Shown: piece by piece, positions 1 to 9,257 of the stretch
How the letters are laid out: the number at the start of each line of letters is the position of its first letter
Position numbering within the stretch: position 1 is the first letter of the stretch
Notes under the pieces: generated by a model
The model's database searches: none
Told to the model about the DNA's origin: nothing
What the model saw: the letters and a program-made list of their open reading frames with translations, nothing else
Origin: a bacterium
GTDB lineage: Bacteria; Zhuqueibacterota; Zhuqueibacteria; Residuimicrobiales; Residuimicrobiaceae
Length of the DNA: 64,000 nucleotides
Assembly (NCBI GenBank): GCA_029565685.1
Contig: JAKQNR010000022.1
Coordinates: 256,468-320,467, forward strand
Reading direction: 5' to 3'
Program-made: the position numbers and the translations under genes

Positions 1-520
1 GTTTTCCGTCTTTGCGTTGAAGATCAAAGCAGTATCGGCGGCCGTCGTCGGTAAAGCTGCCGATGCCGCCTGTCGGCTGGCCCTCTTTGACTTGAGCGAT
101 TTGGCTTTCCTTCAAGGATAACAGGTCCAGCGTGTAGATGGTGTCGCCGCTGGTGAAATAGACCAGCCCACCGTCCGGACAGAGGGCGACGTTGCTGAGG
201 GATTTGCCATCGGTCATCTGCACCATGTCGGTTCCATCCACCTTCATGCGGTAGAGATCGAACACGCCGCCCCGTTTAGGCTGGGTCATGGACCAAAACA
301 GAAACATAGAGGCATCCGGGGTCCAGCAGCGGCTATGAAAGTAGAGATTCATATGTACCGTGGGAAAGGAGGTCGCCTGCATGATGCGAACGCCGGTTTC
401 CGCGTCATTGAAAAAGCGCCGTTCGCAACCATGGTTTTTAGCCCAGCCGGGAACAGCGGCGAATAAAGCGGAGAGGGTGGAGGAGCGTAAAAAATTTCTT
501 CTGGAGGTTGGGTGTATCAT
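1..520 (-). CDS. Tat-exported oligogalacturonate lyase-like (PL22/TolB-type propeller) protein, 3' end runs off the window
   Basis: Not in the ORF track; translated by hand from ATG 520 (SD GAGGTG): MIHPTSRRNFLRSSTLSALFAAVPGWA...FNDAETGVRIMQATSFPTVHMNLYFHSRCWTPDASMFLFWS...DLYRMKVDGTDMVQMTDG. SRRNFL is a twin-arginine motif; DxxTG..LYF..W/FtxDg is the Ogl-family N-terminus. Confidence 0.7.
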   Translation of the reverse strand, partial: MIHPTSRRNFLRSSTLSALFAAVPGWAKNHGCERRFFNDAETGVRIMQATSFPTVHMNLYFHSRCWTPDASMFLFWSMTQPKRGGVFDLYRMKVDGTDMVQMTDGKSLSNVALCPDGGLVYFTSGDTIYTLDLLSLKESQIAQVKEGQPTGGIGSFTDDGRRYCFDLQRKDGK

Positions 521-573
521 AGACACCTCGTTGAGGATAAGAGGTCCTGTGGTATCTGGCACGCGTGAATGGA

Positions 574-604
574 AAGAGGGCAGCGAGGGATTCGCTGCCC
601 TCTT
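574..604 (-). terminator. 13-bp hairpin downstream of the 645-1823 cargo gene
   Basis: AAGAGGGCAGCGA (574-586) / TCGCTGCCCTCTT (592-604). The U-tail is short, so it may be a partial terminator or 3' stabiliser. Confidence 0.6.
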
Positions 605-644
605 GGTAACGCCAACCGCTTATTTTCGATTAGGAAAATTTTCC

Positions 645-1823
645 TTATTTGGCCAGAAGCATTTTTTTCACATTGCTGAAATGGCTGGCCTGCATTTTGC
701 AGAAATAGACGCCGCTGGGCATGGTAACGCCGTGATCATTTCTGCCGTCCCAGCTGACCTGATAGGTGCCGGCAGATTTGAACTGATTCACCAGCGAACG
801 AACACGCTCACCTAGAGCGTTAAACACCTCGACGGTCACATGATTGGAAACCGGCAAGGAGTAGCTGATCGTGGTGGTCGGGTTGAACGGATTGGGATAA
901 GCATTGCCAAGTTCATAGGCCAGGGGCATGATGTTGGCATTGCCCTCGACATCGGTTACGCCGCTGCCTTCGTTCAGGGTGAAAACGATTTCGTCAACGC
1001 AATAGTCCGCGACACCGATGCTGCCGCCGGCCGGCCAGGTGTAGTTGCCTTTGTCCGCGCCGCCGCCGTCGCCCGAATCCAGAGCCAACCATCTCATGTT
1101 GGAGAGATCCAACCATTCGCCATAATAATGGCCGCCTTCTACATGGCCACCCCAGCTATAAGGCACCACCGCCTGCAGATCAGCCGGATTGGTCGTTTTA
1201 ATAAACGCCCAGGGAATGGAGACAAACTGCCATTCGCCGTTCCAGGGGGTCAGGGAGGCGGCATATGGATAACCGAAGGCATCCATACGCACTATGGTTT
1301 CACCTTGAATGCAGATATAGGCGCCGTAAACATCTTTGCCGTCCACCGGGCTGTTTTTGCTGCGGGTGCGCAACCACAATGGATATTGACAGCCTTTGGG
1401 ACCTTTGATCCAGAAGGTAATGCGCTCTGTGCCAGAGGCGTCGAGGTAGTTGGTGTAACCAGGGGTGTCATCGCGCTGAATATCGATCCAGAGACGGGGA
1501 TTGGGCATACCGACCATGTGTATTTTGATGCCATAGGGACCGACAGCAGCCGCTTCTTTCGTGGCCCACATCTGAGCGCTGTCAGGAGGCGTCACGCTGG
1601 TCATGATGTCATTGTTCATGCCGATCCGGGCAACAATACCGTTGGTATGGGGACGGGATTTGCTCTGTCCGAGATAATTGGCCGCCGCGTTGGGTCCAAC
1701 CGGATTGTCGCCGTAGAAACGAGGGGGATTGTCATTGCTATAGATCTTGATTTCTGTAACGCCGGCGAAAACAGAAAGGGCTAACGCCAGGCAGAGTAAC
1801 ATTGATAACGTCGCTTTCTTCAT
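645..1823 (-). CDS. Secreted protein: CBM11/CIA30-like beta-sandwich plus FlgD-Ig/T9SS type A C-terminal domain
   Basis: Signal peptide MKKATLSMLLCLALALSVFA; ITFWIKG...GEWQFVSIPW...LDLSNM...VDEIVF pattern; CTD AYPNPFNPTTTISY...SGVYFCKM...KKMLLAK; SD GAGGAG. Confidence 0.75.
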   Translation of the reverse strand: MKKATLSMLLCLALALSVFAGVTEIKIYSNDNPPRFYGDNPVGPNAAANYLGQSKSRPHTNGIVARIGMNNDIMTSVTPPDSAQMWATKEAAAVGPYGIKIHMVGMPNPRLWIDIQRDDTPGYTNYLDASGTERITFWIKGPKGCQYPLWLRTRSKNSPVDGKDVYGAYICIQGETIVRMDAFGYPYAASLTPWNGEWQFVSIPWAFIKTTNPADLQAVVPYSWGGHVEGGHYYGEWLDLSNMRWLALDSGDGGGADKGNYTWPAGGSIGVADYCVDEIVFTLNEGSGVTDVEGNANIMPLAYELGNAYPNPFNPTTTISYSLPVSNHVTVEVFNALGERVRSLVNQFKSAGTYQVSWDGRNDHGVTMPSGVYFCKMQASHFSNVKKMLLAK

Positions 1824-1896
1824 GATAAACTCCTCTTGGTTTTAACTGACTTTTGTGTGTTGTTTGCCTAGTGCTGTCGAATTCCTGTGGGCAGTG

Positions 1897-1962
1897 CACC
1901 TCCTTTTTTTTGAGTGTAATGGGATGATTGAAGAGTCAAGTTAGGGCTTCACCTCCTTTTTT
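1897..1962 (-). promoter_or_regulatory. Two orphan Shine-Dalgarno motifs (AAAAAAGGAGGTG) in the leader of the cargo gene
   Basis: CACCTCCTTT at 1897-1906 and 1950-1959; no ATG at normal spacing after either. Confidence 0.5.
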
Positions 1963-2044
1963 AGTGGGACGACTGATTGCTAAATGATCTACTACGAGTG
2001 CGCCATATAAAAAATCCCCTCAGATTCAGCAGAGCTCTACGAAC

Positions 2045-5000
2045 TTATCTCAGTATCACCAACCGGCCGAGCGCCTGGCTGGTCCGCATTCTGGATGGGA
2101 AAAATTCGGATTCCCGTTCGCGAGCGGTGATCTTGAAAAGATAGACGCCGTTGGCCAGGACATCACCATCCTGGTCTGTGCAATCCCAACCATCCTGCGG
2201 GACTCTGTTAAATCCTGCCGCCGCCTCATCGGTGAAAGTTCGCACCAGCCGTCCCGTTATGGTGTAGACTTTGATGGTTACCTGCGCATCATGCGTCATG
2301 GTGAAAGTAAAAAAAGTATTCCGTGCGACCGGATTTGGATAATTCAACGGTTCCCGCAGGGCAAATTCGGCAGGAACCACCTGCAGGAGATACTCTACCG
2401 AGGTAAGGTTCAGAGCGTTATCCCATACAGTGAAAACCAGGCTGTGCGGCCCAGCGGTCAGTCGGTCGAATGAGAAAGATAGCATTCCACTTTTAGCATC
2501 CGCTGCATCCGGGATAAATTGTGAGGTGACATCCCATAAACTGTCTGCGCTTCGATCGAGTTGCAAAATCATTCTATAATCAGCTGCAGCTTTGTGCTGG
2601 ACGCCGCTCTCGGCATCTTTCAGCGAAAAGGACATCTGAACCGTTGGTTCAATTTGAATGGTCTCAGCCGTGGTTACCTCTACGTCGTTCACCAGCAAGC
2701 GGATCTCCGGACCTGTCGAATCCTTGTGGAAGCTTGGCTCCAGGGTGTCGGGGGCTACTAGGAGCGGTTGGAGATATCCAGAGGCCGTGCGGGGTCGTTC
2801 CCCCTTCTCCCAGGCAAAGAGGACCATCCGGCCGTTCATTCCACCGCTGGTAGAATCGCTTTGCATCTGGAAACGGTGGTCGATTAGGCCGTTTACCACC
2901 GGCGCTGTGTCTTCGTAGAGAACCCGGCCGGCCAAGCTGTAGGTGTGGGCGGTGGCATAGCGTGGATACACGTTCTCATAAATTTTGACCTGTATAGACC
3001 CGGAGAAATCATCCGCCGGCTGACCAGCGTCCAATACCCGGCCTTTAAGAAGAACGTTTTTACGCAGGGACAGCGTATCCGGCGCTATGCGGCAGTCTAC
3101 AGACAGCCTGGGGAGCGCCAATCGCTGGGCTGGATCGCCAAAGAGAACCAGCAGTTCACGATGATCGGGATAGCGTGAACGCAGTTTGGCGCTTGCCAGG
3201 GCTTGACCGATGCTTGGGGCTTCTGTCGAACCAGTGGAAAAAACGGTGTGGAAAAAATCCTGGTTAATGGCGGAGGTGATATTATGGGCGTTCCAGCGCG
3301 TGGCGGCGATGACTGCCAAACAGCCGCCGTCGCGATGCAGCAGCAGTTCTTCGGCCAGGCTTTTTTTACGATCATAATCAAACTGCCCCGCCGCGCAGGT
3401 CCCGGCAAAAAACAGCGGCAGCCGCTCCTGGTTTTTCACTGCGCCGATATCGTCTGGGCTGTTAAACAGACCTTCATGAGTCAACACCTCCAGATTGCCG
3501 TGGCCGAGAAAATTGACGTATAGGCAACCGCGATTGAACTTTTCGAACAGGTCGCGCCTGGCATCCGGCTTGACGCCGAAAACATCCCGTTTATATTCAG
3601 AAAGATAAACCTTGTGCACATCAAAAGGATGCGCGATCGAATCAGCCGCCATGTTTTCGCTGTCGAGGCTGAAGACATAATCCGTATATGTATGAGAGGG
3701 GGAAAAATCATCATCCGCGACAAACAGCAGATTGTTTTGCCAAGGTCCGGGCTGCAGCGCAGTATCATAGTTAATAATTTTTTGCACCACGGTGGCGAGT
3801 TCTTCCTGGTTCTGGGCCGGCAGCCGACCGATGAACATGGCGGGAATATGCTCGCTCTCCAGGCAGACAAACCAGTCGTCGGTGGCGATGCCCTGATCCT
3901 GGTAGGTGGGGATCAGAGTGGGCGGGGAGGCGCCGCCGTTGTTGTTGATGTCGAAACAGGCGTCGCCCACCAGCAGGACATAGGCGGGCGCCACCTCCCA
4001 ATGGCGATAGGCGTATCTGAGAAAATTACGCAGCGCGGTCGGGTCCACCATGCCTGCTGAAAATTCGTCATAGATCTCTTCCATGGTTACGGTCATTACC
4101 CTCGGTTGTTGGCCGGAATGCGGCCAGAAATGGCTATCTCTGCGATGCTGCGCCAGCCGCTCTAACGTCGGTCCGGTAAGAGAGGTTGATGCGATGATGA
4201 GATAATCGGCTGCATGGGTGCTCGACCGCAGACGGGGAAGAAAGCGCGGAGTGAGCCCTATTTCTTCAACCGGTTTGATCCGCTCGGCGGCTATGGCGAG
4301 ATAGTGTTTCTCACCCGCGCCTGCGGCGGTGAAATCGATGAAAGTCGCATTGGAATCAGCGACCTCTACTCGAAGGCATCGCACAGCATAGGGATCGGTG
4401 ATGTCGAAAACGACCGCTCCGGTGGGAGCTTGGCTTATCTGATAGCGATAGGCGCCGGCTTGGGGTTCAGACCAAAATTCTAGCGTGCCGGACCGCAGTG
4501 TGAGCGCTTGACGGTATTCCATTTCCAGCCAATCGAAATACACTTCATCCTTTTGACCTGAAGCGGAAAGTTGTACAATCTGTAATTGATTGCTGTTTGG
4601 CAACCAGGGCATTACGCCTCGCCAATCAAACGTTTTCGCCAGCGCATAATAAACATCCGCACGTCCTAGCAGCTGCTTATTTAGATAGATGGACAGAGTG
4701 TGGGGGTGCTCTGACGCTCCCTGAAAATGGAGCCGGAGTCTGGCGCTGTCCAAAACCGCCAGGTTGGGCGCTGACAGCGCATAGTGACCGGCGCTGTTTC
4801 CATTGAACCAGTCCCAGTACCACCGATATCCGGATTTGGCGTTATTGAGGATTTCCTCTTCCATGAATATACGGCCGATGCCTGTCTGTACCAGCATCGG
4901 ATTCAACGCATCCGGCGGTTCGGAGGGGTGCACTTCCATGGCCTTTCGTTCCTGATGGCCGGTGTTCAGCCAGTAGATGTGTTTCTTAGTGTAGCGATTC

Positions 5001-6046
5001 AGGTAATGAAGCGGCGGCTGGTTTGATTCTGCCGGCTCCCAGCCGGAGACCGACTGACCATAAAACAACAGAAAATCCAATCGGCCGAATAGGCCGTCGT
5101 TGTTGTGATCATGAAAATAGCTTGCCACTTGGCGCAGGGAAGGTTCAGCTGCAGAGAGATCCGTTTCCAGTTCCCGTCCGCCAGCGGTATAGATTCCTGT
5201 TTGTGCGATATTCAGCGAGGTGGAATCAAAGCCGAGTTTTTGCAGATGTGCATACTCAATTCGATAGATTCCCTGCTGAGTGACGGCAAAGGAGTGCCAA
5301 GGGCCGCTGAGCGCCGTGGAGGGCGTGGGCTGCTTTTTGGCAGAAGAAAGAATCCACGTGCGCGCCTGCTGATAGTTGACAATGTGTTTCTGCAACAGGT
5401 TGGTCCATGCCGGCTCCGAGGCAGTTGAACCGGGCGCGCTCGTGGACCCTGGGCGCGCGCTGGGAGTAATGTCGAATCGTATCACCATTTTTTTTATGAT
5501 CCGCCATTGCTGCTTCTGCGCATGATACTGGACCGGATAAAGAGAGACCGGCGCCACTTGCATTCGACCCAGTTGAACCAAATTCTCGATATGACAGATG
5601 GATGCAGGAAAATAACCGTTCTGTCCCGTTCTATCCGGATCAGGCTGGGACAAAGGTACAGAGCTTTGCAGCGGCGTCGCTCGCCTTGCATCTGTAAGGG
5701 CGTGTCCGTCCAGGTCGCTGAATTCGAGACTCTGAACAACCGCCGAAAGTCGACCGTACTCCGGCACAGCGGCATACAAGGACCGATAGGGCACTTTAGG
5801 TTTGCCGGTTTCATACACGGTGCCGCACCGCTGTACTTTGATGCGCTGGCCTGGTTCGGCGCGCAGGGTGTCAAGCAGGATTTGCACGCCTGCCGGCCTG
5901 TATTCGATCAGAAAAGAACTCTCGTTCAGTTTTGTATACTGAATGTCGTTGTCGGTGCAGAGCGCAGCCCCGCTCTGTACTGCAGAAAAGGCTAATAAAG
6001 TATAGATCGCGTTTGCGCCGTAAACGCGTATACTTTTTTTAATCAC
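2045..6046 (-). CDS. porU: PorU-like T9SS sortase (gingipain family C25 peptidase)
   Basis: C25 propeptide (GKPKVPY), IYDEFSAG..DPTALRNFL, YVLLVGDA, IGRLPA, catalytic FLGHG and GTCAAG, LFGDPA, CTD NYPNPV...LANGVYLFK. GTG start overlaps the upstream stop (GTGA). Confidence 0.8.
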   Translation of the reverse strand: MIKKSIRVYGANAIYTLLAFSAVQSGAALCTDNDIQYTKLNESSFLIEYRPAGVQILLDTLRAEPGQRIKVQRCGTVYETGKPKVPYRSLYAAVPEYGRLSAVVQSLEFSDLDGHALTDARRATPLQSSVPLSQPDPDRTGQNGYFPASICHIENLVQLGRMQVAPVSLYPVQYHAQKQQWRIIKKMVIRFDITPSARPGSTSAPGSTASEPAWTNLLQKHIVNYQQARTWILSSAKKQPTPSTALSGPWHSFAVTQQGIYRIEYAHLQKLGFDSTSLNIAQTGIYTAGGRELETDLSAAEPSLRQVASYFHDHNNDGLFGRLDFLLFYGQSVSGWEPAESNQPPLHYLNRYTKKHIYWLNTGHQERKAMEVHPSEPPDALNPMLVQTGIGRIFMEEEILNNAKSGYRWYWDWFNGNSAGHYALSAPNLAVLDSARLRLHFQGASEHPHTLSIYLNKQLLGRADVYYALAKTFDWRGVMPWLPNSNQLQIVQLSASGQKDEVYFDWLEMEYRQALTLRSGTLEFWSEPQAGAYRYQISQAPTGAVVFDITDPYAVRCLRVEVADSNATFIDFTAAGAGEKHYLAIAAERIKPVEEIGLTPRFLPRLRSSTHAADYLIIASTSLTGPTLERLAQHRRDSHFWPHSGQQPRVMTVTMEEIYDEFSAGMVDPTALRNFLRYAYRHWEVAPAYVLLVGDACFDINNNGGASPPTLIPTYQDQGIATDDWFVCLESEHIPAMFIGRLPAQNQEELATVVQKIINYDTALQPGPWQNNLLFVADDDFSPSHTYTDYVFSLDSENMAADSIAHPFDVHKVYLSEYKRDVFGVKPDARRDLFEKFNRGCLYVNFLGHGNLEVLTHEGLFNSPDDIGAVKNQERLPLFFAGTCAAGQFDYDRKKSLAEELLLHRDGGCLAVIAATRWNAHNITSAINQDFFHTVFSTGSTEAPSIGQALASAKLRSRYPDHRELLVLFGDPAQRLALPRLSVDCRIAPDTLSLRKNVLLKGRVLDAGQPADDFSGSIQVKIYENVYPRYATAHTYSLAGRVLYEDTAPVVNGLIDHRFQMQSDSTSGGMNGRMVLFAWEKGERPRTASGYLQPLLVAPDTLEPSFHKDSTGPEIRLLVNDVEVTTAETIQIEPTVQMSFSLKDAESGVQHKAAADYRMILQLDRSADSLWDVTSQFIPDAADAKSGMLSFSFDRLTAGPHSLVFTVWDNALNLTSVEYLLQVVPAEFALREPLNYPNPVARNTFFTFTMTHDAQVTIKVYTITGRLVRTFTDEAAAGFNRVPQDGWDCTDQDGDVLANGVYLFKITARERESEFFPSRMRTSQALGRLVILR

Positions 6047-8184
6047 TGCGGCGCACTCTCCTCTGTGCTGGTGCGGACGACCACAAATTTCCCGGTTTTA
6101 TTGCCGATGTCGCTCTCGATGGCATAGAGATATACACCGGTGTAGATCAGCTGATTGTATTCCGTGACTTGATTCCACGCCTCTTCCGACGTCCCGTCGG
6201 TGTGGTGGATGGTTTTCACCAGATCTCCGCTCATGGTGTAGATTTTAATCGTGCAAACCGGCGGAATGTTGATGAACAGAAGTTTGTTGGGTTCACCCGG
6301 CCAGTTGTAGTTGACTGAAAGATCATGGTACGGATTGGGCACTACCTTGATCTGGTCGAGATTCGCCACTGGCGTTTTAGTCAAAAAGGGATGCACCGGT
6401 TGATTGCGTTGCATCATGTTCCAATATTTGCCGGATTCCAAACTTACGCCGGGCTGTTCCCAGTTCTGAGTGCCGTCGTCAAAAGCCGTAACATAATAGT
6501 AATAGGCAAAGCCGCGTTGCACGGAGGTGTCCCGGTAGGTGGTAGTGACAGGGAGGCCGCTCTTGCCGCCGCACTCCCAGATTTTGCTAAAGGTGGTGTC
6601 GTTTCGGCCGATGGCGCGGTAGACGCGATAACCGGAGAAATCATTGACCTTGGTGTCGTAATCCGCTTCCTGGGACACATCCGACCATTGCAGAATCACC
6701 GATTTTTCACCGGCTGTGACCGTCAAGTCCGGCGCCGGAGGGGGATCCGGAATGTCGTATGGATCGCGTCCCAGCTCGATATTGCGGAAATAGCGCCTGG
6801 TCGCCGCGCTGAACACCTTGTGCAGCGAGTCCTTGCCCGTAGCCAGCAGAAGGTTTTTCTCTTCATCGGTAATGCCGTCGCCGCCCTGTCGCTTTTCCCA
6901 CCATTGCAGTCCGTGCTGAATGCATTTTTCAATGCCCAGGCCATTGACCGCCACCAGCATGACAAAACGAACGTCGCTGTTGTAGGGCATTTCATAGGGG
7001 CCGACGCAGATGTAGGGATTAGGTCTCGCGACATTGATAGGGTCATTGGGTTCGGTGAAACCCATTTCCTGTGGACTGGCCATGTGATTGCCAGTAAAGA
7101 AAAATTGATAGGCGTCGCTTTGAGTTACAAAGCGGACATCGCCGGGACGCCACACGGTGCTGAAAGGCTGGCTGAGATCGTTGCTCTCGTCCGAGGGGCT
7201 TTTATCCACATGCAGAAACCCCATGCCAAAGTACTGCGGCGAGAGGAAACGGCCGTGGCCTGGCGTCTGTTCATTGAAACCGCTGTTCTCATCTGGATCA
7301 CCGGTATCGTCCACACCGGATTTTTTATTGTTGTCTCCATCCCATACCATGAATATGCGCAAAGAGTCTGCGCGGCGATCGCCGGCCGGCCGCAGCGGCG
7401 TGCCGCCGCCGAGATACTCCAAATAATTCTCGCCATAGTACTCCACCCAGTCATCATTGTTGGCTTCCCAGATGGCGCCGTTCTGCGTAGCGCCTTCAAA
7501 GCTTACGCAGGGCTGCGTGGTGTAAGCGAAACAGACGTCGTGCAGCACCTGGTTACGATATTCCAGTCTGCTCTCATCACCCAGGGCGTTGCCATTGTTG
7601 ATGGCGGTAAAGTCAACCAGCATGTAGCTGTCGGCGTTTTTGCAGGCATAGGCGTATATTTTTTGTTGCACCGTGATACCGGTCTCCCAGGAAAAACGGA
7701 TGAGCAGCATCACGTCAGATGGAAGGGTGGGATCGATTTCATCGTAATCCTGCCTGGGCGCCTGTACCACTCCGTCGACCGTGGTCTGCGGAGGTTTACG
7801 CCGAACGACGAGCTTGAACCGCAGCGGTTCCCCTGCGCTTTTGGCGCCGCCGGGATGGACCATCAGGCTGTTGCTCACCGTGCCCACTACATACGGGTAG
7901 GTGATGCCGGTATATTCTTTCCAATTAGTCATGCCGTAGCATAAGCCGGCCATACGGCCGGTGCCGTTCATCAGGCGCACTTCGCCCACCAACTTTTCAC
8001 GCCAGTGATTGCCGGGCCAGACGTAGGATTCCTCCCAGCCACCGCTGGGAACATCTTGATCCTGGTGCCACAATTCACCGACGCGAAGGTTCTTCTTCGC
8101 TTTGTCTGCGAACGCTTCAATGGAAAAAGCGAACACCATCGCCAGTACGGCGAGGATGATCGTTTGACGGTTTGCCTTCTGCAT
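6043..8184 (-). CDS. Secreted TBDR/PorV partner protein with FN3 domain and variant T9SS-like CTD
   Basis: Signal peptide; PPPAPDLTV...VILQW...FSGYRVYR...YYYYVTAFD (FN3); CTD IKVVPNPY..FINIPPVCTIKIYT..GVYLY..GKFVVVR; SD GGAGGT. Confidence 0.7.
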   Translation of the reverse strand: MQKANRQTIILAVLAMVFAFSIEAFADKAKKNLRVGELWHQDQDVPSGGWEESYVWPGNHWREKLVGEVRLMNGTGRMAGLCYGMTNWKEYTGITYPYVVGTVSNSLMVHPGGAKSAGEPLRFKLVVRRKPPQTTVDGVVQAPRQDYDEIDPTLPSDVMLLIRFSWETGITVQQKIYAYACKNADSYMLVDFTAINNGNALGDESRLEYRNQVLHDVCFAYTTQPCVSFEGATQNGAIWEANNDDWVEYYGENYLEYLGGGTPLRPAGDRRADSLRIFMVWDGDNNKKSGVDDTGDPDENSGFNEQTPGHGRFLSPQYFGMGFLHVDKSPSDESNDLSQPFSTVWRPGDVRFVTQSDAYQFFFTGNHMASPQEMGFTEPNDPINVARPNPYICVGPYEMPYNSDVRFVMLVAVNGLGIEKCIQHGLQWWEKRQGGDGITDEEKNLLLATGKDSLHKVFSAATRRYFRNIELGRDPYDIPDPPPAPDLTVTAGEKSVILQWSDVSQEADYDTKVNDFSGYRVYRAIGRNDTTFSKIWECGGKSGLPVTTTYRDTSVQRGFAYYYYVTAFDDGTQNWEQPGVSLESGKYWNMMQRNQPVHPFLTKTPVANLDQIKVVPNPYHDLSVNYNWPGEPNKLLFINIPPVCTIKIYTMSGDLVKTIHHTDGTSEEAWNQVTEYNQLIYTGVYLYAIESDIGNKTGKFVVVRTSTEESAPQ

Positions 8185-8234
8185 AGGGATACTACCTCCT
8201 GGATGATAGCTTGACGAAAAAACCAGATCCGCAA

Positions 8235-9221
8235 TTACAGTTGGAAGTTCAATGAAAACCGGTTGACCAGGCCGAATACGCCGAAATCGGTGGCCGCATA
8301 GTTGAACTCAAAATGCAGGCTCTGTACGGTGGTTCGAATGCCGACGCCGCCGGAGTAGGATTCTTCATCGTAATTGAGTTTGTAGCCGCCGCGCAGGCTG
8401 AACAGGTTGTTGTAGACGTATTCAAGTCCGAAATGCATTCTTTCCGAGTAATCTTTGGGATGCAAGGCGTCGGCGGTCAGCGTCAGAACATGCTGAGGAT
8501 GATCCGGGATCAGCAGCTGATTCACATCCATGGCCACGCCAAAGCGGAAGGTCAGCGGAATCGGTTTGTTGGCAAAATTCTGCACCGACATGCCGATGCG
8601 GATGTTTTTATAGCCCGAGTTGTAGTAGGTGCCAAAGTCATAGGCCACCACATCGGTTTCATTTTTGACCTGACGAGTGTTCTCGAACTCGGTGCGCAGA
8701 TATTGCCACACCTGGCTGGCGGCCAGATCCTGATACGCATATTTTATTTGCCCGCCGAGCGAAAAACGATCAGTGATGCCGATCGCGTAGCCCAAACCTA
8801 TCGCGTACTCGCTAGCGGAAAACGTCCCCTGGCTCTGATATCCCTCCCAGGCGTGCGCATCCACGATGGTGCGCTCCATGGTGCCATAGTCAACAGCGAT
8901 ATAGTCGGCGATGAAGACGCCGTAACGCCCAGTGTTGTAGGTCAGCACACCGGATTTATGATCGATATCCACGAGCCAGTTGTTTTGATTGAGCGCCAAC
9001 GCAACACCCTGAACACCCGCGCATCCCGCCGGATTGTAAAAGATCGCGTTGGGATCCCCGCTGATGGCGATGAAGGCATCCCCCATGCCGGCGGCTCGGG
9101 CGCCGATCCCGAGTTTGAGGAATTGCATTTTACTCTGCGCCACTTTTTTCATCTGCGCTTCCGCGGTCACGGCCAGACACAGAACAGTGAAGAGACAGAT
9201 AAGCCTTTTATATTTCATCAC
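8235..9221 (-). CDS. PorV/PorQ family outer-membrane beta-barrel
   Basis: QFLKLGIGARAAGMGDAF...AIFYNPAG signature; C-terminal NRFSLNFQL. Confidence 0.85.
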   Translation of the reverse strand: MMKYKRLICLFTVLCLAVTAEAQMKKVAQSKMQFLKLGIGARAAGMGDAFIAISGDPNAIFYNPAGCAGVQGVALALNQNNWLVDIDHKSGVLTYNTGRYGVFIADYIAVDYGTMERTIVDAHAWEGYQSQGTFSASEYAIGLGYAIGITDRFSLGGQIKYAYQDLAASQVWQYLRTEFENTRQVKNETDVVAYDFGTYYNSGYKNIRIGMSVQNFANKPIPLTFRFGVAMDVNQLLIPDHPQHVLTLTADALHPKDYSERMHFGLEYVYNNLFSLRGGYKLNYDEESYSGGVGIRTTVQSLHFEFNYAATDFGVFGLVNRFSLNFQL

Positions 9222-9257
9222 ATATTCTCCAAGACGATGAGGGTTTTCGGGAACCGT

